Below are positions 13,450 to 25,629 of a stretch of DNA of 64,000 bases, one piece after another; position 1 is the stretch's first letter, and the number at the start of each line of letters is the position of its first letter. The position numbers and the translations under genes are program-made. The notes below the pieces were generated by a model that saw only the letters and a program-made list of their open reading frames with translations, did not search any database and was not told the origin of the DNA. Source of the stretch: Octopus vulgaris (Eukaryota); contig OX597819.1 of the NCBI GenBank assembly GCA_951406725.2, forward strand, positions 8,680,001 through 8,744,000. Direction: 5' to 3'.

Positions 13450-13857
13450 TCTTTTACTCTTTTATTGTTTCAGTCATTTGACTGCGGCCATGCTGGAGCA
13501 CCGCCTTTAGTCGAGCAAATCGACCCCGGGACTTATTCTTTGTAAGCCCAGTACTTATTCTATCGGTCCCTCTTTTGCCGAACCGCTAAGTGACGGGGAC
13601 GTAAACATACCAGCATCGGTTGTCAAGCAATGCTAGGGGGACAAACACAGACACAAACATATACACACACACACATATATATATACATATATACGACAGG
13701 CTTCTTTCAGTTTCCGTCTACCAAATCCACTCACAAGGCATTGGTCGGCCCGGGGCTATAGCAGAAGACACTTGCCCAAGATGCCACGCAGTGGGACTGA
13801 ACCCGGAACCATGTGGTTGGTTAGTAAGCTACTTACCACACAGCCACTCCTGCGCCT
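13450..13857 (-). mobile_element. SINE family A
   Basis: Full-length reverse copy, convergent with 12791-13205. Confidence 0.9.
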
Positions 13858-14466
13858 ATCTATTTGATTAATTGACATAAAAACCTTCCTCCTCCGCTTT
13901 ACCAAAACCTTAATGCCTGACCTCTCAACCCGAACCTTCAGAAGAATAATACTCTATCTCTATTCTTTTTATTTTTATTTCTTATTTTTAAAATTTTGAA
14001 TTTTATTTTGATTTCAAAAATTTAATTTTTTCATTTTACTTTACTTTCGCTCTCATTCATTCTTTCCCGCACCTATCCCATTCCTGTCTTTTCTCTCTCT
14101 TTTTTCTCTTTCCCCTTCTTTCCTCTCTTTCTCCTCTCTTCTATCCACTCACTCACAACCCATTTCTATCTGTCTGTGTTTCCCACTCTATATATCCACG
14201 CAGACTATTTACATACCTGCCAATCACTTCAACATGAACGCATCATTCAAAATACTGCCAAAATGCTACCTGAATTTACCTGGATATTATCCTAAGAGCC
14301 AATACCTTCACGGAAATACGGACCAACCTCCATACCGTCTGTAAAAATATTCCCTATGAACTTTAATCTCTTGTCCGTATTCTATCTACTTTTAATGTTT
14401 ATTCTCCTATTTCATTCCTCATAATCCGTGAATGTTCCTGTCTAGAACTTTCATACATACTCACCT

Positions 14467-14543
14467 GGTCTCTGATGACAAAATACCCAGTGTGCGGACA
14501 TGCTAGTCTATCACTTGAGATATCTCAGAAACAGCTGTAAATC
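14467..14543 (+). ncRNA. Degenerate hammerhead ribozyme motif in a pLTR-like relic
   Basis: ggtct CTGATGA ...49 nt... GAAA CAGCTG TA aatc. Core and palindromic ACAGCTGT intact; stems I and II decayed. Confidence 0.5.
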
Positions 14544-14897
14544 TTCAAATTCACCTTACCCTAATTAAATTATTATAAATGACTTGAGATACTCGTCCTA
14601 CCTTGGTTTTTGTTGTTTTTTCCTCTAATATATGTGTGTGTGAACGTGCGTGTCATATATATATAAAGGTGTGTTTCCTTGGTTTTGTGTTTATGTTTTC
14701 TTTTCTCATTGTGTTCGAGGTTTTTTTTGGTGTCTTGTACCCATATATGCATGTATATATACATGTAGATGTAGGTACGTACATATATGTATGTATATAT
14801 GCATATGTTTTATTTAATTTGTTATTACACGACAGAACACACGCATCCATTTCTAAGTAAGTTTGTTCTTAACATATATATATATATTACTCTTTAG

Positions 14898-15257
14898 TCA
14901 CCGCCTTTAGTCGAGCAAATCGGCCCCGGGACATATTCTTTGTAAGCCAAGTACTTATTCTATCGGCCTATTTTGCCGAACCGCTAAGTGACGGGGACGT
15001 AAACACACCAGCATCGGTTGTCAAGCAATGCTAGGGGGACAAACACAGACACACAAACACACACACGCATATATATATATATACATATGCACGACGGGCT
15101 TCTTTTCAGTTTCCGTCTACCAAATCCACTCACAAGTCTTTGGTCGCCCCGAGGCTATAGTAAAAGACACTTGCCCAAGGTGCCACGCAGTGGGACTGAA
15201 CCCGGAACCATGTGGTTGGTAAACAAGCTACTTACCACACAGCCACTCCTGCGCCTA
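14898..15257 (-). mobile_element. SINE family A
   Basis: Reverse copy lacking the extreme tail. Confidence 0.88.
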
Positions 15258-15366
15258 TTTCAGTTGGTGGGCGTTTGAGTGTCAGTTTATTAGAAGCTGC
15301 CACACCATTAGGAGAAATACAAGACATATACAAAATATTACAAGCGTTGTCTTAAAAAGTACGAAA

Positions 15367-16115
15367 CTAGAATTGAAAAATGCGCACGCTCAAAAGAGTT
15401 ACAAATCTTAAAAAGTATGGGTCTAGCGTTGTTGCACCAAAATATTGGAATCACTATATGTTGCACATTCTGTGGCATCCTTTTTATCACAAGAAATTTG
15501 TTTAGTTCATTGAAATTAAGTTGTATTAAAAATTAAGATAAGTCATCGTATACTCAATTTTAACAAAACAATTGTGTACAAATAATAATGTCATCTTTAC
15601 GCAATAATTCAATCTATGAATGATAATTTTTATAAAGTTACAAGTAATTAATAAAAAATAATTTAGTAAACTTTGTTTAATTCGCACAACTATTCCCTGA
15701 ATATGTGTATCATAATGCGAATTCTCTTTGGTAATAAGTATTTTGCTTTCGTTCTTTCGCTGTTATATCGATTCGACTTAATCATAAATCCAATCTTTTT
15801 TTTATTATTATCATGGTTATTTGCATGTTGTGAGAAATTTTTTTATATACTTTGGTATGGAGAGTATAATGAATTTACTTATTTGAAGTTAAAGAACATA
15901 TCTGTACATTTTCAAATTGTTATATTAAGAACTTAGTTTAATAATTATCGTGACATCGTAATTCACATATGAGTCTCTTTTCGTTTTCAGATCCTCAAAA
16001 AATGTTCAACATATAAGGATTCCAATATTTTTGAGCAAAATGCTAGTCCCAAACTTTTTAAGGATTATCATGACATTCTGTATCCCTTTTGAGCGTGCGC
16101 ATTTTTCAATTCTAG
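15367..16115. mobile_element. Putative MITE / non-autonomous DNA transposon
   Basis: Perfect 30-bp inverted repeats ctagaattgaaaaatgcgcacgctcaaaag (15367-15396) and cttttgagcgtgcgcatttttcaattctag (16086-16115) around a non-coding AT-rich interior. Confidence 0.7.
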
Positions 16116-16156
16116 CATATATATCATTAATTGATAGTCATTTATACACACATATA

Positions 16157-16720
16157 TAGAGGCTGTTCGGGATAAATTGACTTTTTTGCATAAAAGGAAA
16201 GGAAGGCACAAGATCCTTACCAAAAATAAAAGTATTTAAAAAAATCAGAAAATATCAACTAGATTATGGCTGGGAGATACTCAATATAACCGCCCTCAGC
16301 TTCAACCACGGCTTCAAGACGGCTCCACAACTTGGTTCATGCGTTTCTCACTGTGTCACAGAGAGGATCTTAGGACACCTTCTTGATCTTAGTGTTGGTG
16401 TTGTAGGTAGAGCGGGTGGTGTCCTTCTCATCCACACCATACACATAGTAATCCATGGTATTACAATCGGGGGAAACAGGACAAAAATTGAGATTGGTGA
16501 TGGCGTGGATGTTCTCCGACAACCACTTCTGACTTTTGGTAAGGCAAGGAACCGAACCCTGCTGCAAAACATATGGCCTTACAACTGCAACCTTCACTAG
16601 ATAGGGTGTACTTTAGTCTCTAGTAGCGTCACATAGCCGTCTGAACTGAACCTATGGCCCTCTTCAAAGATATAAGGATGACGTCTGCCGTGTCTCTTGT
16701 TGGTAACGGTTTCATAATCA
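16157..16720 (-). pseudogene. Tc1/mariner superfamily transposase relic (DD37D/maT-like), 3' part
   Basis: QQGSVPC..KSQKWLSEN...PVSPDCNTMDYYVYG and terminal SRLEAVVEAEGGYIE match the QQDSAP.H...WPP.SPD.NP.DY..W pattern; stops and frameshifts present. Confidence 0.75.
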
Positions 16721-16946
16721 TGTCACAGACCATTGAGCAGCAGTCATGGTGTCGGCATTTTGATATCTGGCACAAATCATCACCATACAGGTAATACTTT
16801 TCCAATATTCGGCTGGATTCCAGTCCTCCATCTCAGCTAACTTTTCTCAACTATCCTTTTCCTGTTTATACTCTCCAACATCATTGGATGATCACCAATG
16901 CATCCAGTTGTTCCTAAAAAAGGGAGGTATAAATATACACACACAC

Positions 16947-17000
<54 letters not shown>

Positions 17001-17169
17001 CATTATGACCCCTCGTTGCCGGGTCATAGTGCTAGTGCATGTATATATGTGTATATATATGTGTACATATTACATGTACATCTATATATATATACATCTA
17101 CACATAAAATACAAAATACAAAGTTACATCTTGATATCGCTAGTGATAACAATACCCAAAATATATAAC

Positions 17170-17700
17170 AGACTGGAATTGTAGGCCCGTCTCTTGCAAT
17201 TTCGATCAATTGTATCTTGTCCTCCCTCTTGTATAGAAGTGTGGCTACAATCCAGCCTACCTCTACTTTTGGGAGGACATTTTTAATTTTCATCCGGGAC
17301 GTCCTACATCCCAGATATAAAGGTGAAAATTAAATATTTCCACTTTGCAAGGTTCGAGTCGAGTTCTCCCTTGCACGCTCCGTTGACTCGAACCTTGCTT
17401 CTATTGTGGCGAATTTACCGCCTCTGGTTAGATATCTTTAATAATCGCACCAAGACACTTTTCAATGGTGCTTTCCTCCAGATGTTCAAATCTTTCCGAA
17501 ATATTTCTAGCTCCAAATGGTTTGTTTTTATATCTAGCACTATGTCTTTCTCCATTTATAAGTTAAGAGTAAAAATAAAGCAGCCCTGCAAAACACAACT
17601 GACTTTTACACACAGACGCACAGAATAACAGCAATCAAATAACCACAACCGGAGTGCACAACAAACATCAGTGATCCGACTGTCGCCTGTACTCTTGACA
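17170..17700 (-). pseudogene. Possible LINE (Tx1/L1-like) ORF1 relic
   Basis: Broken frames give YLTRGGKFATIEARFESTERARENSTRTL and KIKNVLPKVEVGWIVATLL, reminiscent of ORF1 RRM-like regions; recognition from memory only. Confidence 0.35.
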
Positions 17701-18196
17701 AGAGATGCCAGTTAGTCTTTTACACCTACCAAGCCCGTTCGCATTAGCCCAAGTTGCTGGATAATTGTTTGTTCCTTTAAGAATATTGTAGAACGGAAAA
17801 TTTTCATAGATTGGAATTTAAATCCTAATCTCTATAGCAATTTACTGTTTCAAGAAAATATTGAATTTGAATTACTTTTCATTTTTACGATTATTGATAA
17901 CAACTTGGGCTGTAACTTCTGAGACCGAGTCAGGTGCGTGTGAGCGATGTCGAGAGAACGTTGCTACGAATGGTATTTTTTGACACAGGGAAACTCTAAG
18001 ACGACCGCCAGACGCTGAACGAAAATATATGAACTACGACCAGGCTCAATAAAAGAAGCCCGAGTTATGGGCTTCAATTACGTACTTGAAGTTAGTGTTG
18101 GCAGAAATTAAATCAGCTTGCAAATATACGTTCACTTTACTAAATTTATACTCGGACTGATCCCGAACTGCCCAAGTGCCGTCGCCGATATATATA

Positions 18197-18230
<34 letters not shown>

Positions 18231-18234
<4 letters not shown>

Positions 18235-19769
18235 AAACCCACCGCCTCAGTAACTTTTTAGACACCCTGTTAAAACCACTCCTCAAACATGTCAAAAGCT
18301 ATATAAGGGACGACTTAGATATGCTCAATCACCTACCGAATACTATAAACAAAAACACCATACTGGTATCCTTCGATGTAGTCAACCTCTACTCCAATAT
18401 CCCCCACAACCTAGGACTAGAGGCAATCCAATTCTGGCTAGAGAATCACGCCAACGAACTACCACACCACATCAAAAAAGAATTTGTGATAGAAGGGGTT
18501 AAATTCATCCTGGAAAATAACTTCTTCGCCTTCAATGACAACTTCTACCGACAAAAATCGGGGACTGCGATGGGTACACGAATGGCACCCTCCTTTACCA
18601 ACCTAGTCATAGGATACCTAGAGATCAGTCTGTATCGTAAGGTTCTAGAAAGATATGGCAGCCCTTTCTCCATCTACATAGAAAACAACTGGAAGAGATA
18701 TCTAGATGACTGTTTCATCCTTTGGCATAAAAATATAGAAAAACTCATAGAATTCCAGAAAATTTTAAACGGACTGGACGTAAACATTCAATTCACGATG
18801 GAATATAGCCAACAACAACTCCCCTTCCTCGATATCCTCATTAAGAAAGCTAATAATATAATAGAAACAGACATATACTATAAGCCTACAGACTCTAAGC
18901 AATATCTTCCATTCAATTCATGCCACCCCAGACACACCAGGATGAATATCCCCTTCAATCTAGCAAAAAGGATATGCACTATAGTCTCTAACGCAAACAC
19001 CAGAGACACACGACTACAAGAACTAAAAGATACCCTAATCACCAGGAACTATCCACCTTCACTTATTGACAAGTGCATTCAACGTGCCCTTCAACTTAAC
19101 ATCAAGGAACTGAGACATCCCAAATCAAAGAAAAACTTACAACCAAAAGCCTTACCATACATCTCCACACACAACCCTCTCAATAACGAAGCCTTCGACA
19201 CCATCCTCCACAACATACCCCTCCTAAAAAAAGACCACAGAATGAACACAATCCTCCAAACACACACGATCATAAAAAGCAAAAGACAGCCTAGATCCAT
19301 GAAAAGTCTCCTTACACAAGCCCGAATTCACTCTTCAACACAGAAGCCGACAGTAAAAAAATGTGGAAGACCCAATTGCGGGATATGCGACTATCTAATC
19401 GAGGGTTCTGAGTTCTCCTTCAAACAGGGACAACGGTTTACAGTGAAAAGCAACTTCACATGTGCTTCGGAGAACCTAATATACTCACTAACCTGCTCCG
19501 GGTGTCAAGAGCAGTACATAGGCCAAACAAAAAATGGTTTGCGTAAACGAATGGCCCTGCACAGATCCCAGATAAAAATTCCCCAAAACAGAAAAATAGC
19601 TTTTAGCCAACACATAGATACTTGCGCCAACAAAAAAACACCAAACTTCAGAATTTTCCCCCTCTACCAATTTAGGGACGATACAACCTCGAGACAAAGA
19701 ATAAGTAAAGAAAATCTCTTTATTACAAAATACAAGCCACTTCTTAACGGGTCTACGACAAACAATTAA
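18231..19769 (+). CDS. Penelope-like reverse transcriptase / GIY-YIG endonuclease (N-terminally truncated, frame intact)
   Basis: SFDVVNLYSNIP, GTAMGTRMAP, RYLDD, LPFLD, YYKPT..QYL.F.SCHP, Cys linker CGRPNCGIC, NLIY...C..C...YIGQT. The frame is open upstream of Met 18321 back to 18231 (CETHRLSNFLDTLLKPLL..VKSYIRD), so that Met is internal. Confidence 0.93.
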
Positions 19770-19894
19770 TATACCTCAACTTTAGAATAAAAGAAAAAAA
19801 TATATATACACACACAAATACTACACTCCATAGAATCCATTACTAATCAGCCCCTTCATAGCTATATTTACACCCATTCATATTCTCCCTTCTC

Positions 19895-20125
19895 TGTTTT
19901 TTTCTTCTTCTTCTTCTTCATCATCATCGTTATCATCATCATCGGCGTCATCATCATCGCCACCATCATCACCACCATCTTCTCCTTCTCCTCCTTCTTC
20001 TTCTTCTTCTTCTTCTTCATCATCATCGTTATCATCATCATCGTCGTCATAATCATCACCACCATCACCATCATCTTCTCCTTCTCCTTCTCCTTCTTCT
20101 TCTTCTTCTTCTTCTTCTTCTTCTC
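19895..20125. repeat. Duplicated (CTT)/(CAT)/(CAC) triplet tract in the Penelope 3' UTR
   Basis: Two similar units of (ttc)n-atcatcatcgttatcatcatcatcg...caccatc-ttctccttctcc. Confidence 0.85.
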
Positions 20126-20471
20126 CACCCCCTACCCCTTAAGTTTGTCACTAATGTTTTTTAGTATAACACCTACGCTAATTCTATAAACAAGCCTGTC
20201 GATATAAATATTCTCCTGAATTGAACTGAGACTGCCAGCCGCCACTGACCATTCAAAATACGACCATCAGGGCACTCCCAGATTCTCCCACCCCCTTTCC
20301 TCACCAGCCTTCCCTCTACTACCCTACCAAGAACTCACAACTACCTCGAACACACAAGTGCAAACAAGGGAGTCAGAGAAAGGCAGAATGCCACTTAAAT
20401 CTGAACACTACTATAGAAATATTGTTTTAAAAAAACTTTTCTTCTAATTTTTCTAAATTTAATTATTTAAT

Positions 20472-20519
20472 CGTTACAGTTGAAAAGGTCTCAAAATGAC
20501 CGAAACCGGTACTGAAATG
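20472..20519 (+). ncRNA. Minimal type I hammerhead ribozyme, U3-A8 core variant
   Basis: cgtt-a-CAG TTGAAAA GGTC tcaaaat GACC GAAA CCGG TA CTG-a-aatg. Palindromic ACCGGT stem III, predicted cleavage after GUA at 20511, expected sense position in a Penelope pLTR. Confidence 0.8.
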
Positions 20520-20563
20520 TTCACTATAAAATTATTTTAGCATTTTCTATTTTTTACTTGTTT

Positions 20564-20604
<41 letters not shown>

Positions 20605-20607
<3 letters not shown>

Positions 20608-20997
20608 TTATATATAAAAGTGAAGTTGTGCCTGTCTCCTACGATTTAGATTCCTAACTACTCCCACATTTTGCGGTGCAGTTTAACCAAAACCGGGTAT
20701 CTTATAGTCGTGATTCATATCGAGCCCTTCTGGGTATTAGCGCGCGTCTACGATGGGTCTACGATTTTTTAAAACATCTACCATCATTTTTTCCATTTTA
20801 ATGCATTTTTTCGCTACTATATAAGGGAAGTAACTCTCTAAAAATGTCTACGATGAGTCAACGATTAAAAAAAAATTTACCATCATTTTTTTTCCATTTT
20901 TAATGCATTTTGTGCTATTTTTTGGCTATAACTCTCTAAAAATGACTATATAGTTATTTCCCTTACAAACCCGAGCAACGCCGGGCGATACTGCTAG
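20605..20997 (+). mobile_element. Non-autonomous Helitron
   Basis: 5' TC, subterminal hairpin cccgagcaacgccggg, 3' CTAG, inserted between A and T. Second copy at 59913-60310. Confidence 0.85.
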
Positions 20998-21488
20998 TAT
21001 ATATATATATAAATGTAAGAACCTACTGTGGACAAGGCTACGTTGCGTTCAATTATAAATAAAAAAAATAAAATACACATTAAGTGCAGGGCATCATCAA
21101 CGAGTGAAAAATATGTAAATACAAGTGAGAAAAATACAGGACAAAATAACAAAAGACAACTCGCTCATAAGTTGTTGACTGTTTATTACTACCCATTTCG
21201 TGCTTTTAAGGACAAGATAGAAATCCTTCGTAAGACAACAGCATCCAGAAATCTTAAAAGTATAAATTTCGTGGAAAATTAGGGTTTCGAACGAACAAAC
21301 AATAACAGAGTGGGCGTATAGAGTTCTAATGGTACACGGTACAGATTTCCATGACATCATAGTATACCTTACCTAATGCTATCCTCTTTACACAAATGGC
21401 AAGTCGAGCTTATAGTGAAATGGAAAAGCAATCGGGAAGTTGACAGTTTATACCCTGTTACCAACACTGCCATATCTAGAAGGTCAGT

Positions 21489-21872
21489 GGAGGCGCAATG
21501 GCCCAGTGGTTAGGGCAGCGGACTCGCGGTCGTAGGATCGCGGTTTCGATTCCCAGACCGGGCGTTGTGAGTGTTTATTGAGCGAAAACACCTAAAAGCT
21601 CCACGAGGCTCCGGCAGGGGATGGTGGTGATCCCTGCTGTACTCTTTCACCACAACTTTCTCTCACTCTTACTTCCCGTTTCTGTTGTACCTGTATTTCA
21701 AAGGACCGGCCTTGTCACTCTCTGTGTCACGCTGAATATCCCCGAGAACTACGTTAAGGGTACACGTGTCTGTGGAGTGCTCAGCCACTTACACGTTAAT
21801 TTCACGAGTAGGCTGTTCCGTTGACCGGATCAACCAGAACCCTCGTCGTAGTAACCGACGGAGTGCTTCCAC
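21489..21872 (+). mobile_element. SINE family B (tRNA-derived), full length with TSD
   Basis: A-box tggcccagtgg, B-box ggtttcgattcc. TSD atctagaaggtca at 21474-21486 and 21873-21885. Confidence 0.92.
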
Positions 21873-22189
21873 ATCTAGAAGGTCAAGTTACTCTACTCTT
21901 AACAGTCGAGTCCATTTAGTTTTTTTTATCATAATGCAGGGTAAATATTCTCATTTTATAAGCAGTGGTAGTATAGTAAAACTTAAGAGTGTTGAATTCT
22001 ATTCGTTTCTTAGAAAGAAAAAAAAATACCAGTGATTGTCTTGTGACCCCTAAAACAGAGATAATCAACCCATTCCTAAAGAACAAACAGAATGCACATT
22101 AACCAAAGAATTGAATGCATATTCAATGACGAAATTTGAAATGGGGCAGGGTGAAAATAAAGCTGCAACAAAATAAGCTGGTTTTTTTT

Positions 22190-22396
22190 TTTACTTGTTT
22201 CAATCATTTTGACTGCGGCCATGCTGGAGCACCGCATTTAGTCGAGCAAATCGACCCCGGGACTTATTCTTTGTAATCCCAGTACTTATTCTATCGGTCT
22301 CTTTTTGCCGAACCGCTAAGTGACGGGGACGTAAACACACCAGCATCGGTTGACAAGCAATGCTAGGGGGACAAACACAGGAACACAAACACACAC

Positions 22397-22451
<55 letters not shown>

Positions 22452-22609
22452 TACGACAGGCTTCTTTCAGTTTCCGTCTACTAAATCCACTCACAAGGCA
22501 TTGGTCAGCCCGGGGCTATAGCAGAAGACACTTGCCCAAGATATCACGCAGTGGGACTGAACCATGTGGTTGGTTAGCAAGCTACTTACCACAGAGTCAC
22601 TCCTGTGCC
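22190..22609 (-). mobile_element. SINE family A
   Basis: Reverse copy. Confidence 0.9.
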
Positions 22610-22745
22610 TGTTGTTGAGAAAGTCAACATCGTATCGACTAAATCTGCCAGAAAAGTACGGCTGAGTATGAATCGCCCATTAAGGACTTCCATACATTTG
22701 TGTCATGTGAGAGTCATGCGTGATTCTATGGTAACTGTACATATA

Positions 22746-22916
22746 GGCGCAGGAGTGGCTGTGTGGTAAGTAGCTTGCTAACCAACCACATGGTTCCGGG
22801 TTCAGTCCCACTGCGTGACATCTTGGGCAAGTGTCTTCTGCTATAGCCCCGGGCCGACCAATGCCTTGTGAGTGGATTTGGTAGACGGAAACTGAAAGAA
22901 GTCCGTCGTATATATG

Positions 22917-22992
<76 letters not shown>

Positions 22993-23212
22993 TGTGTCTG
23001 TGTTTGTCCCCCTAGCATTGATTGACACCCTATGCTGGTGTGTTTACGTCTCCGTCACTTAGCGGTTCGGCAAAAGAGGGACCGATAGAATAAGTACTGG
23101 GCTTACAAAGAATAAGTCCCGGGGTCGAGTTGCTCGACTAAAGGCGGTGCTCCAGCATGGACGCAATCAAATGACTGAAACAAGTAAAAGAGAGTAAAAG
23201 AGAGTAAAAGAG
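22746..23212 (+). mobile_element. SINE family A
   Basis: Full copy, head-to-head with 22190-22609. Confidence 0.9.
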
Positions 23213-23639
23213 TATAAGTACATAAATTTCAAATAGGAACATCTCATTGTATACAGTAATGCACAGTAGTGTTTCTTCTGCTATTGTTATCATTGTTATT
23301 CTATTGACGTTGCAGATACTGCTACCGCCATTCTTGCTGTTGATACTGCGGTTTCTCCACTACACTTCTATTGCAAGTGCAAGTGGAGATATTATCTCAA
23401 CGAAATAAATATTAAGGACTGTAACAAGTGGAAACAAACCGAGGTAGACATTATTATACAAGTCGTCATTTCCTTCAGAACAATTACCAGCAAGATCTGT
23501 TGCTTAATAAGGTTAATTTAACACACACACACACACATACCCAAACACATTATACACATGTCAATATATGTGTGTGTGTGTGTTATATTTATTAACATAT
23601 ATAAATACATACTGTCATACATATATATGTACATATATC

Positions 23640-23963
<324 letters not shown>

Positions 23964-24104
23964 GAGATAGAGAGATAGATATACATATAAATTTGACATG
24001 AGTGGTTCTTTCTTGTCTTGGGATTCACGGTCAAACGGCCGGGTGGAATTGTGCGAAAAATTACACACATGTGTAGAATGATCTGTTGGTGATGCTGGGC
24101 TTTG

Positions 24105-24440
24105 TATTTTTCATAGCTCCCATAGTTACCGAGATAATCTACTATAATAATACTCGTGTGTTTATGAATAAGAAAAGAAGTGGTGATAGATGAATAAGGA
24201 AGGAAGGGGTGATGTCATATTTTTTTTCATAGCCCCCGTGGTTACCGAGATAATCTACTATAATAATACTCTTGCGTTTATGAATGAGAAAGGAAGGGGT
24301 GATAGGGAAGGAAGGGATGGTGTCATATGTTTTTCATAGCTCCTATGGTTACCGAGATAATCTACTATAATAATACTCTTGTGTTTATGAATGAGAAAAG
24401 GAGTGATAGATGAATAAGGAAGGAAGGGGTGATGTCATAC
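24105..24440. repeat. Three tandem copies of a roughly 105-116-bp unit
   Basis: tttcatagc.cc....gttaccgagataatctactataataatactc...gaaggaagggg.gatgtcata occurs three times. Confidence 0.9.
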
Positions 24441-24522
24441 TTGGTAGTGGGATGAAGAACATTGTACACTGAAAAAATAAATCAAACAGCGTTTGGACCA
24501 GCCCCTTACGCTAAATATTCTT

Positions 24523-25540
24523 TTAGTGAATCGCCGACCAGGTCGATATGCTTGTACTGCAATCGTCCGCGTGTGCAGATGCGCTCCTCCCGCATCCCAC
24601 TTCTCGCAGGATGCCCCTTAGCGTCACCAGCTTCCGCAGTAGTGGCTCTAAAGTCAATACATGTAGAAGCGACGAGAGGGGGCATCCATGACGGACTAAA
24701 CGCGCGATCTTAAATGGTCTAGATAGAAGACCGTTTATGCGAACTACTGAGCGGATGCTGCTGTATAAAGCAGCAATCCAACCGCGGAAGACGGGACCGA
24801 AATTAGCCACCCTAAAGATAGCCTCCAAGTAACGATGGTCGACCCTATCGAAAGCTTTCAATTGATCCAAATTGATCAGCACCCCACCCATGCCAGGTTT
24901 CTTAACCCTGTCTATGGTGTAGCGCATCAGATGGATACTTCTGTCCGGCACGGCGCATGTTTTCACCTTGCTGACCAGTTTCTCGATGACAAGCGCCAAC
25001 CTCTCGGTTAGCACCATGGCCAAAATTCTCAAATTTGCGTTGAGCAGAGTGATGGGCCAGAAATTATATATAACGTCCCTCTTGTTTGGGTCTTTCGAGA
25101 TCGAGCGAGCTTTTGCTCCTTTTGCTCCTCGACTCACACTTCTGGGGATACTCCCGTTTTGCTTCCAGTTGCAGTAGACTGTTGCCAAGACCTCTCCAAA
25201 CAAGTCTGGCATATGACAATAAAGCTCGTAGGGCACACCATCCAAACCCAGTGACTTATCTCTCGCGAAGCCTACTATCGCATTCCGTACATCCGCGGCT
25301 GTGATGGATCTTTCACAATACTGCGCCTCTCTTGCCGAGAGTCATGGCAGGCCATGCAGGTAGGCACTAAAGTCCACTCTACATTCCGACCCACTAATCG
25401 TCCCGAACAGTCGGGCAAAGTGCTGCTGAAAGGCCTCACACATTCTTTCGGGCTCGAGTAATTCGCGCCCCTGCTCATCCATCAAAGAACGAATGGTGGC
25501 TTTGTTGCCAGGTCGTGCCCCCGCTACCCAGATCACTCCG
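24523..25540 (-). pseudogene. L1/Tx1-clade LINE reverse transcriptase relic
   Basis: DGVPYELY, NFWPITLLNA, INLDQLKAFDRVDH, VRHGCPLS, AHADD motifs; frameshifted upstream part in ORFs 25275 and 25342. Confidence 0.88.
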
Positions 25541-25629
25541 GCGACTGCAATTAACGGCAGATGAAATACGGCTACGCATTTTCGCCCGGCGTGCTAACGT
25601 TTCTGCCAGCACGCCGCCTCTACTACTTC

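Larger units (their letters stand above)
18231..20567 (+). mobile_element. 5'-truncated Penelope-like retrotransposon (Neptune-type) with 3' pLTR, inserted in (TA)n
   Basis: RT plus GIY-YIG ORF, about 800-bp 3' region containing a hammerhead, (TA)n runs at 18189-18230 and 20568-20604. Confidence 0.92.

Noticed and set aside
17903-18177. Weak inverted ends acttgggc...ccgagt and ctcgg...gcccaagt
   Set aside because: Too short and imperfect to call a transposon without other copies.
21489-21565. tRNA-like sequence with A and B boxes
   Set aside because: It is the head of a multi-copy SINE with TSDs; no proper acceptor stem or terminator was seen.
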